A stretch of 64,000 nucleotides of DNA from Bacteroidetes bacterium GWF2_43_63 (GTDB lineage: Bacteria > Bacteroidota > Bacteroidia > Bacteroidales > DTU049), in contig MEOQ01000012.1 in assembly GCA_001769275.1 (NCBI GenBank), forward strand, positions 145,633-209,632. Direction: 5' to 3'. How positions within the stretch are numbered: position 1 is the first letter of the stretch; the number at the start of each line of letters is the position of its first letter. Of the stretch, positions 46,554-55,410 are shown piece by piece. The notes under the pieces were generated by a model, which had not been told where the DNA came from, ran no database searches, and was given only the letters and a program-made list of their open reading frames with translations. Position numbers and translations under genes: made by a program.

Positions 46554-47330
46554 CTACAACTTCAACCTAAAACGCTCCGCAGACAGATCCGAATTTTTAA
46601 TCAGCAAGCCGAAGCGGTAAAAATCCATCTTTACCTGAAAGGCCGGATGCTGCAACAATTCCTGCCAGCATTCTGCCATGTCGCGCGAATAATAAATATC
46701 GTCAAACACCACAATGGCTTTTTCGCTTAGCACGGGCAAAATCATTTCAAGATAATCAAGCGTCGGTTTGCGGCTGTGGTGGCCGTCGATAAACACCAGA
46801 CCAAAATCTTTTTCCTCTGCAACAACCTGAGGCAATGTTTCTGAAAAGCGCCCGATTTTCAGAATAACATTATCCGCTTCATACTTTTTAAAATGGCTTT
46901 GCGCAATGGCTGCAATTTCCGGAACGCCTTCGAGTGTAATAATGCGGCTTTTGTGCGCTGCAAAATGCATAGCCAGCGTTGTTGTACCGAAAGCCGTTCC
47001 CATTTCCAGAATGGTTTTTCCATTGAAATGCATTGCCAGCTCAGCAATCATTTCTGCTTCGCTAATTGAAGTTGATGTTCTTTTAAAAACCTCCGAAACA
47101 GTAGATTCTAAGCGCCCTTCACGCGATCCCAATTCATTAAACACAAGCGGCGTTTTGTCAACGCTAAGCTGTCCATGCAGAAAAGCAAGCTTTGCGATGG
47201 CTGAGTCCTTCAGCGCTTTCGGATGCCGCAATGAATAATAGATTTTATACAGCCAAGGTGAATGGACACTTTTAAGTCCACCAGCTTTAAAAAAATGTCG
47301 TATGGCAGCTACTAAACCAGATCGATTCAT
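46554..47330 (-). CDS. Class I SAM-dependent methyltransferase (O-methyltransferase family-3-like)
   Basis: SAM-binding motif ILEMGTAFGTTTLAM and the downstream acidic motif VFIDGHH. Confidence 0.65.
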   Translation of the reverse strand: MNRSGLVAAIRHFFKAGGLKSVHSPWLYKIYYSLRHPKALKDSAIAKLAFLHGQLSVDKTPLVFNELGSREGRLESTVSEVFKRTSTSISEAEMIAELAMHFNGKTILEMGTAFGTTTLAMHFAAHKSRIITLEGVPEIAAIAQSHFKKYEADNVILKIGRFSETLPQVVAEEKDFGLVFIDGHHSRKPTLDYLEMILPVLSEKAIVVFDDIYYSRDMAECWQELLQHPAFQVKMDFYRFGLLIKNSDLSAERFRLKL

Positions 47331-48388
47331 GATTGTGATTCTTCGTTATCCTTGTTGATGATTGATAATTGTATTCTCAACGATTCATCATGAATGACCT
47401 GCAGTAATTCGCGAATAAAATCTTCATTGATATCCAGAGCAGCAGCTTTTTTCAGACGATCATCCACCAGACTCTTCCAACGTCCGCCCTGCATGATGGT
47501 CATGCCGGCATCACGTTTTACAATTCCCATGCGCTTTACAATTTCAATTCGCTGAGCAAGAATCCGTAAAAGCCTTTCGTCGGTTTCGTCAATTTCGCGA
47601 CGCAACGCCTCAAGCGATGCATCCTGCAGTGCGCCCGATTCCTTGCCACACAGACTGTCGATCAGGAATACAAACTCAGCCGGAGTGATCTGCTGATTGG
47701 CGTCTGACAAAGCGCTGTTCGGATCGGAATGGACTTCGACCATAAGTCCGTCGGCTTCCATTTCTTTGGCTTGTGCAGCCAGTCCGGCCACATAAAAAGA
47801 ATTGCCAGCCATGTGACTCGGATCAGCAATAATTTTGAGATTGGGATATCGGGGCCGCATCTCAGACATGAGCACCCAGAGTGGCTCGTTGCGGAATTTG
47901 CTTTCGGCATAGGTCACAAAACCGCGGTGAATGAGCGCTTCGACGTTTAGGCCTTTGTTCATCAAGCGATCGACGGCCCCGGCCCAGAGACGCACATCGG
48001 GAACCAGCGGGTTTTTTACAAGAATCCGGATATTGCTTCCCTGCAATGCGTTGGCCAGTTCCTGCACGCTGAAAGGATCAGTCACAGTGCGGGCACCAAC
48101 CCAGATGGCATCAAGGCCTGCTTTCAGAACAGCTTCGACATGCGCTGTAGTAGCAGCTTCCGTAACAACCGGAAAATGAAACTTGTCGCGCACTGCCAAT
48201 AAATATTTCAGGCCTTCATCGCCGGGTCCTTCATACATTCCGCGCAGGGTGCGGGGTTTCCACACTCCACCGCGAAAAAGGTCCACGTAACCCGAGCGGG
48301 CAAGACCAGCTGCAACATCGAGACAGAGTTTCTCGGATTCGGCGCTGCATGGTCCTGCGACTATCATTTTAAATCCTGGTGCTGCCAT
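47327..48388 (-). CDS. Bifunctional 3-deoxy-7-phosphoheptulonate (DAHP) synthase / chorismate mutase type II
   Basis: The N-terminal roughly 260 aa form a KDO8P/DAHP-synthase I-beta-type TIM barrel (GPCSAES..., ADPSH). The C-terminal roughly 90 aa are a helical chorismate-mutase domain (LRREIDETDERLLRILAQR). Confidence 0.8.
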   Translation of the reverse strand: MAAPGFKMIVAGPCSAESEKLCLDVAAGLARSGYVDLFRGGVWKPRTLRGMYEGPGDEGLKYLLAVRDKFHFPVVTEAATTAHVEAVLKAGLDAIWVGARTVTDPFSVQELANALQGSNIRILVKNPLVPDVRLWAGAVDRLMNKGLNVEALIHRGFVTYAESKFRNEPLWVLMSEMRPRYPNLKIIADPSHMAGNSFYVAGLAAQAKEMEADGLMVEVHSDPNSALSDANQQITPAEFVFLIDSLCGKESGALQDASLEALRREIDETDERLLRILAQRIEIVKRMGIVKRDAGMTIMQGGRWKSLVDDRLKKAAALDINEDFIRELLQVIHDESLRIQLSIINKDNEESQS

Positions 48389-48404
48389 GACAAATGGTTT
48401 TTAC

Positions 48405-48412
48405 AAAGATAC
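48405..48412 (-). promoter_or_regulatory. Candidate -7 box TATCTTTG for the DAHP synthase gene
   Basis: Plus-strand caaagata, 17 nt upstream of the ATG at 48388. Confidence 0.4.
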
Positions 48413-48511
48413 GGCAATTGTAAAGTGAATACCAGAAAAAAGGTCAAATATTTTGAGAAATCTTTCTGAAAGTGCCATCCGGATTAATTTTCTAGGTTGT
48501 CTCAAAACTTT

Positions 48512-48670
48512 GTTACGACATTCCACCGTTCCGGCCACAATTAACCCTCGAAGAGTTCCGAACTCTTCGAGGGTTTTCTAAGCCGGCCGGAACATGGAAC
48601 CGTCGTAACAACAGCAAAAACAACGGTTCCATGTCCTTCAGCTCCTTCGTCGCTTTCGGACGGTGGAATG
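48512..48670. other. About 160-nt highly structured intergenic element with mutually exclusive pairings (candidate ncRNA, riboregulator or MITE-like element)
   Basis: A perfect 13-bp hairpin (48545-48573, ccctcgaagagtt-ccg-aactcttcgaggg, followed by TTTT on the plus strand) is flanked by 25-nt imperfect inverted arms (48512-48536 and 48585-48609). The unpaired centres of those arms each have an alternative perfect partner further right: 48520-48528 with 48661-48669, and 48591-48602 with 48624-48635. Confidence 0.5.
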
Positions 48671-49020
48671 ATGTTTTTGCTCTGTCGATTGATATTTGAG
48701 ACGGCTTCTGCAGAAAGAATTAAAAGACTACAAACAGCACTTGAAATAGTTAGTGAGATGTTTCAGCTATAGCGAAATGGATGATTCCAAAAGTCACTAC
48801 GATATTCCATTCCCGCCGAAGCGGGATAAACTCTCGACCGCAGAGAGGATTTGGGATCGTCGTTGCTTAGAATGTCTTCAGCGTCCGACTCATACAGTAG
48901 GCCGTGGCGAACTCCATTTTATTTCTGGCTTTTGAAGGTTGGAAGCGAATATCTGAGCGAGAACGAAGTGCCCATGTTCCATGCACTATGCGTATTGCCT
49001 TGAGCATTTTGCCGCATGCC

Positions 49021-52017
49021 CTATGCCTTCAGCTCTGCCGAAATCGCCTTCAGCCCGGGCATGGCCACTATTCCGAAATGTTTTTTGCCATCTACCAGGA
49101 TTTCCATGGGCCGGTCAAATCGTACATGACGCACTACGCCATTGTCGAACAAAGCTTCCTGGGCATTCAGAAAATCAGTGTTGTAAAGACCTTGTTTTAT
49201 AAAATCATTCACGGTGAAATAGGCCACTCTGAACGAAGTCAGATTCTGAAAAAAGTGTGTACCCTGACTTGGTTCAATATGAAAATTATTCAATCCGGCT
49301 TCAACAATAACACGTGCAGCACTGATCTGCGACCATTTCACAGGAATTCCCAACCATGGATCGCTCGAGCCCCAGCGGCCCGGACCAATCAGAAGATAAT
49401 TTCGTTTTTCCTCAGTCAGCGATTTATTCAGTTGTTCAATTACCTGCGCCAGTTGCCATGTTTCGGCAGCATTGAATTTTTCAGGGACAATATAAACCAC
49501 ATCGCAGATACTGTCATAAATACCATTGCCAAGCGCCGATTCAGAAACAACAATGCATTTTTCACGGTTTATCTGTTCGAGGTTAATGGTCAGGTTTTCC
49601 TTGTTATTGACAATTGGTCTGATTTGCAGCAAATTGAAAACCTTATGATGTCCGTGTCCGTCCATATTTATCGCAAATTCAATTTCAACAGGTTTCCCCA
49701 TTTCATGCGAACTGGTTTCAAGGATGTCGGTCATCATTTCTGCCAGTGGAAAAACATTATGCTTGAGGAAATTATTAAAAGTAATAATTCTCATACCCTT
49801 CTGGCTAATGCCATCTACGACCCGGTCGTCATGATACACGTAGGTTGAAGCGGCCATGCGAAAAGTTGTAAACTGATCACCTTCTGAAACCGAGAACCGC
49901 TCTATGTGAGCGTTATCATCTACTTTCGGCGTAAATAGATTCCGTTTGAGATTGATCGCAAAAAACTCTTTTTGAGTGTCTTTCAACATCATTTCTATAG
50001 AACTCAGCTGAATGGCTTTTTCAGGAAAACGAGGCGAGAAGCGGAGCGACATTCCCCCATCCACAATATATTTACCAAGTCCGTAAGCAATACTCACCAC
50101 CCCATCTTCGGCTTTTTCAGGACTTATTGGATAAAAATTGACCGAACGAGCCACACCACTTAAAACCGGGAAGAAGTAATCACCTTCGGTAAAACCGCAA
50201 ACTTCCTGCAATATAATGGCCATCTTCTCCTCATCAATCAGATTGGAAGTTGATGTCATATAAGCTTTACTTTCCTTATAATAAACCGACGCATACACAG
50301 CTTTTATGCATTGCATAAGCATTTTCAACCGGTCGCGGTCATCGCCGGTGTTCGGAATCATATACGTGCTGTATATTCCGGCAAACGGCTGATAATGGCT
50401 GTCTTCGAGCAACGAACTGGAACGGACCGCCATCGGAGATTTAATTACACGGAGAATCGATTTCAAATCAAGAATGGTCTCGTAGTTCAGTTCTGCTTCC
50501 AGAAATCGACTTAAAATTTCCTCGTCGTCGTTACTTGAAATGGCAAAATCATACAAATCGTTGCGTACCATAAATTCGCTAAAAACATCTGTTGACAGGA
50601 CAACAGTCCGCGGGATAGTGAGTTCAACACTATCAAAGCGATGTGCAAGCTTATTACGTTTCAGAATATTGTCGATAAACGCCAGTCCGCGCGCTTTTCC
50701 ACCAATGCTGCCTTCGCCCACCCTGCTGAACAAGATGTATTCATTGAATTTATTCCGGTCGAAAGTAGCAATTACGCCACGGCCGCGCACGCTGCGGTAT
50801 TTGGCCATCCCTTTAAAAAGATATTCACGCACTTCGTCGAGCGAGGCAAAATCTTTGGAATTGGCCTGACGAAACAGCTTCCCCAATGAAAACAAAGCCC
50901 GGGCACGCAGCCATTTCGAAAAGTGATTGCGGTCGATGTGATATTTCAGCGATTCATCGGGAATACTGAAAATCTGATCCTGCAATGCCTGAAGATCTTT
51001 TGCGCGCGATAACTCGGCTCCATCAGCCGGATTGATGATTCTGAAATCGCCAAATGCCAAATAATCAAGGAGAAAGTCGGTTAGTTCATGCAAAAGCGTT
51101 TTAGAAAATTTATGAACAAACTTTACTTTGATTCCTTCGGCAAGCTCGCTGGTAATGGCATCGGATGACTGCAGCAGTATCGGGAAATAAGGGTCGTCGG
51201 CCTGAACAATTTTGCATAATTCAAAGCCGGCATTTTTATCTTTTACATTATTGCGGTTAAACGAAATATCTGATATCATTCCCAACATGTTCGACTTGTA
51301 TTTTTCATACATGCTTAGGGCTTGTTCAAAGTTTGTTGCAAGCAAAATTTTAGGTCTGCCGCGCAGGCGTAGAGTGCGCTGATGATCATTCAGCCCTTCA
51401 GCCATAAACGCGCGTGACTGCTCAATTACAATACGGTACATATTGGGCAGATAAGAGCTGTAATACCGCACCGAATCTTCAACCAGCAAAATACACTGAA
51501 CACCTACCTCGCCAACATCGTGATCAGTATTCATTTTATCTTCGATGAGCTTTATAATTGCCAGCAACAAATTGGTATTCCCCAGCCAGCTAAAAACATA
51601 ATCCACACCACTCATGTCCTGAACGGCGAGTCTTTGCGACACTTCGCGCGAAAAAGGCGTGAGCACAACCACCGGAATATTAGCAAACCGATGTTTAATT
51701 ACTTTCGAAAATTCAAACGGATTCTGGTCCGAAATGCTCAGCATATTAATCACCAGATCCACGCGGTCGTTTTCCAGAATTTCCATGGCCTTTTCGGCAC
51801 TGTGAGCTTTTATAAACCTTGGCGGGTAGCGCAGATTGAGTGAAACATATTCCTGAAAAATAGCTTCGTTTATACGGCCGTCTTCTTCAAGAATAAAGGC
51901 ATCGTAGGTGCTGCAGATGAGCAGAATATGCTCAATCCGTTTTTCCATCAGATGGTCAAACAAAGTATCGTGAAACTGTGCCTGATTCAGGTCAGGCTTA
52001 TTCTGTTGTTTACTCAT
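49021..52017 (-). CDS. Receiver-domain / PEP-pyruvate-binding (PPDK_N ATP-grasp) fusion protein
   Basis: 998 aa. The N-terminus has two CheY-like modules; the second carries ILLVEDS and an MISD acceptor-type Asp. The middle has GGKARGLAFI, typical of PEP synthase / PPDK nucleotide-binding domains. I cannot see a phospho-His swivel or PEP-utilizer domain. Confidence 0.55.
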   Translation of the reverse strand: MSKQQNKPDLNQAQFHDTLFDHLMEKRIEHILLICSTYDAFILEEDGRINEAIFQEYVSLNLRYPPRFIKAHSAEKAMEILENDRVDLVINMLSISDQNPFEFSKVIKHRFANIPVVVLTPFSREVSQRLAVQDMSGVDYVFSWLGNTNLLLAIIKLIEDKMNTDHDVGEVGVQCILLVEDSVRYYSSYLPNMYRIVIEQSRAFMAEGLNDHQRTLRLRGRPKILLATNFEQALSMYEKYKSNMLGMISDISFNRNNVKDKNAGFELCKIVQADDPYFPILLQSSDAITSELAEGIKVKFVHKFSKTLLHELTDFLLDYLAFGDFRIINPADGAELSRAKDLQALQDQIFSIPDESLKYHIDRNHFSKWLRARALFSLGKLFRQANSKDFASLDEVREYLFKGMAKYRSVRGRGVIATFDRNKFNEYILFSRVGEGSIGGKARGLAFIDNILKRNKLAHRFDSVELTIPRTVVLSTDVFSEFMVRNDLYDFAISSNDDEEILSRFLEAELNYETILDLKSILRVIKSPMAVRSSSLLEDSHYQPFAGIYSTYMIPNTGDDRDRLKMLMQCIKAVYASVYYKESKAYMTSTSNLIDEEKMAIILQEVCGFTEGDYFFPVLSGVARSVNFYPISPEKAEDGVVSIAYGLGKYIVDGGMSLRFSPRFPEKAIQLSSIEMMLKDTQKEFFAINLKRNLFTPKVDDNAHIERFSVSEGDQFTTFRMAASTYVYHDDRVVDGISQKGMRIITFNNFLKHNVFPLAEMMTDILETSSHEMGKPVEIEFAINMDGHGHHKVFNLLQIRPIVNNKENLTINLEQINREKCIVVSESALGNGIYDSICDVVYIVPEKFNAAETWQLAQVIEQLNKSLTEEKRNYLLIGPGRWGSSDPWLGIPVKWSQISAARVIVEAGLNNFHIEPSQGTHFFQNLTSFRVAYFTVNDFIKQGLYNTDFLNAQEALFDNGVVRHVRFDRPMEILVDGKKHFGIVAMPGLKAISAELKA

Positions 52018-52213
52018 AAGTCAATGATCTGAGCGGTGATAATGTAAAGTAATCTGATCCGCCAACGACAGCTCTAAGGTACAACTTTTACATGTCGGAA
52101 TAAAAATCATCAAAAATATTTCTGCATTTTAAACGTTGAAATGACTACATTTGGATTTGAAATTGGCAAAAACAAGTACGCTCAGATAATTAAATCAGTG
52201 TTGTAGTTCCGAT

Positions 52214-52221
52214 TAACTTTG
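52214..52221 (+). promoter_or_regulatory. Candidate -7 box TAACTTTG upstream of radC
   Basis: Matches TAnnTTTG. It ends only 5 nt before the GTG start, so the mRNA would be nearly leaderless, or the box is fortuitous. Confidence 0.25.
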
Positions 52222-52226
52222 TAGCT

Positions 52227-52937
52227 GTGGAGAAAAGCAAAAAAAAATCAATAAAAGAGTGGGCCGCCGATGATCGTCCGCGCGAAAAGATGCTGGCGAA
52301 AGGGGCTGAAGCACTGAGTAATGCTGAACTTTTCGCAATACTGATTGGCAGTGGCACTACTAAAAAAAGCGCACTTGAGCTTGCCAGAGAAATGCTTGAA
52401 AATGCTGATAACAGTTTGAAAAAATTATCCGCAATCACCATTCATGAAATAAGAAAAATAAATGGAATTGGACCTGCCAAAGCAGTGACCATTGCAGCAG
52501 CACTCGAAATTGCACGACGACGCGAAGGCGAAAGTGATGATGAAGACGAGCTTGTTCTATCATCGCGCGATGCGCAGAAGGCGCTCATCCCAATGCTTCG
52601 GGATAAGCAACATGAAGAATTCTGCATCATGGGACTGAATCGCAGAAACAAAATCATTGTAAAGGAAAGAATAAGCATGGGCAGCATGACTGCCACACAG
52701 GTCGATATTCGCAAGATTATTAAAATGGCCCTCGACACGCGCTCGCTGAGCCTTATTCTCGGACATAATCATCCATCAGGAAATTTAAACCCCAGCGATT
52801 CAGATATTACACTCACGCGCCAGATCCACGATGCAGCCGCACTTTTCGACATCCGATTACTCGATCATATCATTATTTCACAGGATTCCTTTTATAGTTT
52901 TATGGACGAAGGAATCATCAACACATTCAAAAAATGA
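52227..52937 (+). CDS. radC: RadC-family JAB/MPN-domain protein
   Basis: DRPREKMLAKGAEALSNAELFAILIGSG (HhH-type N-terminus) and the JAMM motif GHNHPSGNLNPSDSD. GTG start; the conserved N-terminus precedes the first ATG. Confidence 0.88.
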   Translation: MEKSKKKSIKEWAADDRPREKMLAKGAEALSNAELFAILIGSGTTKKSALELAREMLENADNSLKKLSAITIHEIRKINGIGPAKAVTIAAALEIARRREGESDDEDELVLSSRDAQKALIPMLRDKQHEEFCIMGLNRRNKIIVKERISMGSMTATQVDIRKIIKMALDTRSLSLILGHNHPSGNLNPSDSDITLTRQIHDAAALFDIRLLDHIIISQDSFYSFMDEGIINTFKK

Positions 52938-54088
52938 GAATTGTAACCATTGTCGGCGCAAGGCCACAGATCATAAAAGCAGCGGCACTTAGCCGGGAAA
53001 TACAACTGCATTTCAGCTCCGAAATTGAAGAAATTATTGTTCATACCGGACAGCATTATGATGATAATATGTCCGAAGTGTTTTTTCGCGAACTCAGCAT
53101 TCCGGCTCCCAATGTCAATCTCAACGTCGGGTCTTCCAGCCATGGTGAACAAACGGGACGTATGATGGAAGGGCTTGAAAAAGTTTTACTGGAGTATAAA
53201 CCTGATGCACTGGTGGTGTACGGCGATACCAATAGCACACTGGCAGGCGCAGTGGCAGCGGCGAAGCTGCATATTCCGGTTTTTCACATCGAGGCAGGAC
53301 TGCGTTCCTTTAATAAAAAAATGCCTGAAGAAATAAACAGAATTGTGGCCGATCATTGTTCGACGCTGATGTTTTGTCCGACAAAAACAGCCATCCGAAA
53401 TCTTGAAACAGAAGGATTTCCTGCAGGCCTCATGAGCCCATATTCATTGGATAAACCCGGAGTGTTTCACGGCGGCGATATCATGTTCGACAACTCGGTG
53501 CACTTTGCAGGCATTGCCGAAAAGCAATCAAAAATTATTGAAGAACAAAAGCTGAAAGATGTTCCGTTTATTCTCGCAACGGTGCATCGAAACGATAATA
53601 CGGATCACGAGGAAAGATTACGTATGATCTTTGATGCCTTATGTCTTGCATCGGCCAACACTGGTTTACCAGTCATTTTCCCTGTACATCCTCGCACAAA
53701 AAAAATGATGGCTGAATGGAATATAGGCAGCAATATTCCTGCTACAGCGGATGTTCGCATCATACCACCCGCTTCGTTTCTCGACATGATTCTGCTTGAA
53801 AAAAACTGTCGTCTCGTTCTCACTGATTCGGGCGGAGTTCAGAAAGAAGCTTTTTTCTTTTCGCGTCCGTCAATCATTCTGCGACCCGAAACAGAATGGG
53901 TTGAAATCATCGAACTGCGCGCTGCACGCCTTGCCGATCACACAGCACCGGAAATTGCGGCCCAGGCCGAGGCAATGATCAACTATCCCCCAACAGAGTT
54001 TCCGCCTGTGTTTGGCGACGGTCATGCCGCTGAATTCATTTGTGAGAAAATGCTTGATTTTTTTAAATCGACCAGTAAAAAACACTAA
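52934..54088 (+). CDS. wecB: UDP-N-acetylglucosamine 2-epimerase (non-hydrolysing)
   Basis: MRIVTIVGARPQIIKAAAL...HTGQHYD...VYGDTNSTLAG...DSGGVQKEA. Confidence 0.88.
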   Translation: MRIVTIVGARPQIIKAAALSREIQLHFSSEIEEIIVHTGQHYDDNMSEVFFRELSIPAPNVNLNVGSSSHGEQTGRMMEGLEKVLLEYKPDALVVYGDTNSTLAGAVAAAKLHIPVFHIEAGLRSFNKKMPEEINRIVADHCSTLMFCPTKTAIRNLETEGFPAGLMSPYSLDKPGVFHGGDIMFDNSVHFAGIAEKQSKIIEEQKLKDVPFILATVHRNDNTDHEERLRMIFDALCLASANTGLPVIFPVHPRTKKMMAEWNIGSNIPATADVRIIPPASFLDMILLEKNCRLVLTDSGGVQKEAFFFSRPSIILRPETEWVEIIELRAARLADHTAPEIAAQAEAMINYPPTEFPPVFGDGHAAEFICEKMLDFFKSTSKKH

Positions 54089-54099
54089 AATATTTTTCA

Positions 54100-55410
54100 A
54101 TGACTGTTGAGGTCAGAACATCATTCGACAATGCCAAACTGCGCTACACCCTCGATTATATTTTCGGGGAGCGGCTTGGATGCGGGTATGTTTTGAATCC
54201 GGACAACAGCTCAACTGGCGCATGCATCATCGACTACGGGCCGGGACAGCGCGCCACAGTGACAATACCCGATAGTGGATTTCTGCACCCGAAGGGCGTT
54301 TCAGCACAAAATACTGAAATTAAAATGGATGCTGAAAACAATATTCTTTTGTTCCCATCGGAGCAATCAGGAGATTTTTCTTTCGATATTTTTTCTGCCA
54401 TATTTTTCATGCTCAGCAGATATGAGGAATACACCTGCCTTGAGCGGGATCATCATGGACGATTTGATTTGCAGCACTCGGTGGCATTCAAACATGATTT
54501 TCATTTGCGGGCAGTTGTTGACGAATGGATCATTATGCTTCGCAAGCGTCTGATAATGCACATTCCCGAAAGAGCGTTTAAAAAAGAGCGGCCAACTTTT
54601 TCGTTGACTGTCGATGTCGATATGCTATTTTCTTACAGAACCAAAGGGTGGTTCCGCAACATTGCCGGATGGCTCCGCGACCTGGTCAGTGGCCGTTTTT
54701 ACGCATTGGTGGAAAGACCAATGGTGTTACTTGGCCTTCGCAAAGATCCTTTTGACACTTTTGAAGTAATCGATAAAATCAGTCGCGAGTTTCGCGTGCA
54801 GGTAATGTTTTTCATGCTGACATCACAGCAAAGAACCAACTTCGATAAAAACGGGAACCTGCACCATCGCAGGGCCGCAGCTAAATTAAAAAAAATTGCG
54901 CAGGAATCAATGATTGGTTTGCATCCTTCGTATTACTGTCTGGACGATGATGACAAGCTTTTACGCGAAAAGAAATTACTGGAAAAAGCTACTGGAGTTT
55001 CGGTAGCGTCTGCACGGAGACATTTTCTGCGGATGACTTTGCCCCAATCGTATCGCCAACTCGTCAGGGCTGGAATCACAAACGATTTCACCATGGGCTT
55101 TGCATCCGGGCATGGATTCAGGGCCGGGACATCAAGACCATTCAGATTTTTCGATCTGGAAACCGACAAAGTACTGCCCTTAACCGTACATCCTTTCTGC
55201 ATTATGGACGGCAGTCTGAAAGATTATCAGAAAATGACACCAGAACAAACCCGAAACGAACTCTTACGCCTGGCAGACTACATCAGGTCTTTGAATGGAC
55301 ATTTTGAAATGTTGCTGCACAACGACACCCTTTCTGAAAGCGGTCGCTGGAAAGGCTGGACAGACATCATCAGAAAAACCATACGTCAGTTTCAATCCAT
55401 AGCCGAATGA
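54100..55410 (+). CDS. Hypothetical protein, possibly a polysaccharide-deacetylase-like enzyme
   Basis: 436 aa, cytoplasmic-looking. GLHPSYY and ARRHFLRM blocks recall carbohydrate-esterase-like families. This is a weak call. The gene is translationally coupled to its neighbours. Confidence 0.3.
   Translation: MTVEVRTSFDNAKLRYTLDYIFGERLGCGYVLNPDNSSTGACIIDYGPGQRATVTIPDSGFLHPKGVSAQNTEIKMDAENNILLFPSEQSGDFSFDIFSAIFFMLSRYEEYTCLERDHHGRFDLQHSVAFKHDFHLRAVVDEWIIMLRKRLIMHIPERAFKKERPTFSLTVDVDMLFSYRTKGWFRNIAGWLRDLVSGRFYALVERPMVLLGLRKDPFDTFEVIDKISREFRVQVMFFMLTSQQRTNFDKNGNLHHRRAAAKLKKIAQESMIGLHPSYYCLDDDDKLLREKKLLEKATGVSVASARRHFLRMTLPQSYRQLVRAGITNDFTMGFASGHGFRAGTSRPFRFFDLETDKVLPLTVHPFCIMDGSLKDYQKMTPEQTRNELLRLADYIRSLNGHFEMLLHNDTLSESGRWKGWTDIIRKTIRQFQSIAE

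Noticed and set aside
48389-48700. A leader-peptide attenuator for the DAHP synthase/chorismate mutase gene, using the minus-strand mini-ORF MEPLFLLLLRRFHVPAGLENPRRVRNSSRVNCGRNGGMS preceded by AAGGAG.
   Set aside because: The peptide is not enriched in Phe/Tyr/Trp codon runs. The best promoter -7 box for the gene (48405-48412) lies downstream of the structure. The central hairpin has its U-run on the opposite (plus) strand. I kept it only as an unexplained structured element.
48904-49848. A 314-aa plus-strand ORF, plus neighbours 48753-48935 and 48981-49202.
   Set aside because: It is antisense to the 3' end of the 998-aa minus-strand gene, which has clear domain motifs. The translation is low-information (H/R/F/I-rich), with no signal or family motif and no promoter box. 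I treat it as a shadow ORF.
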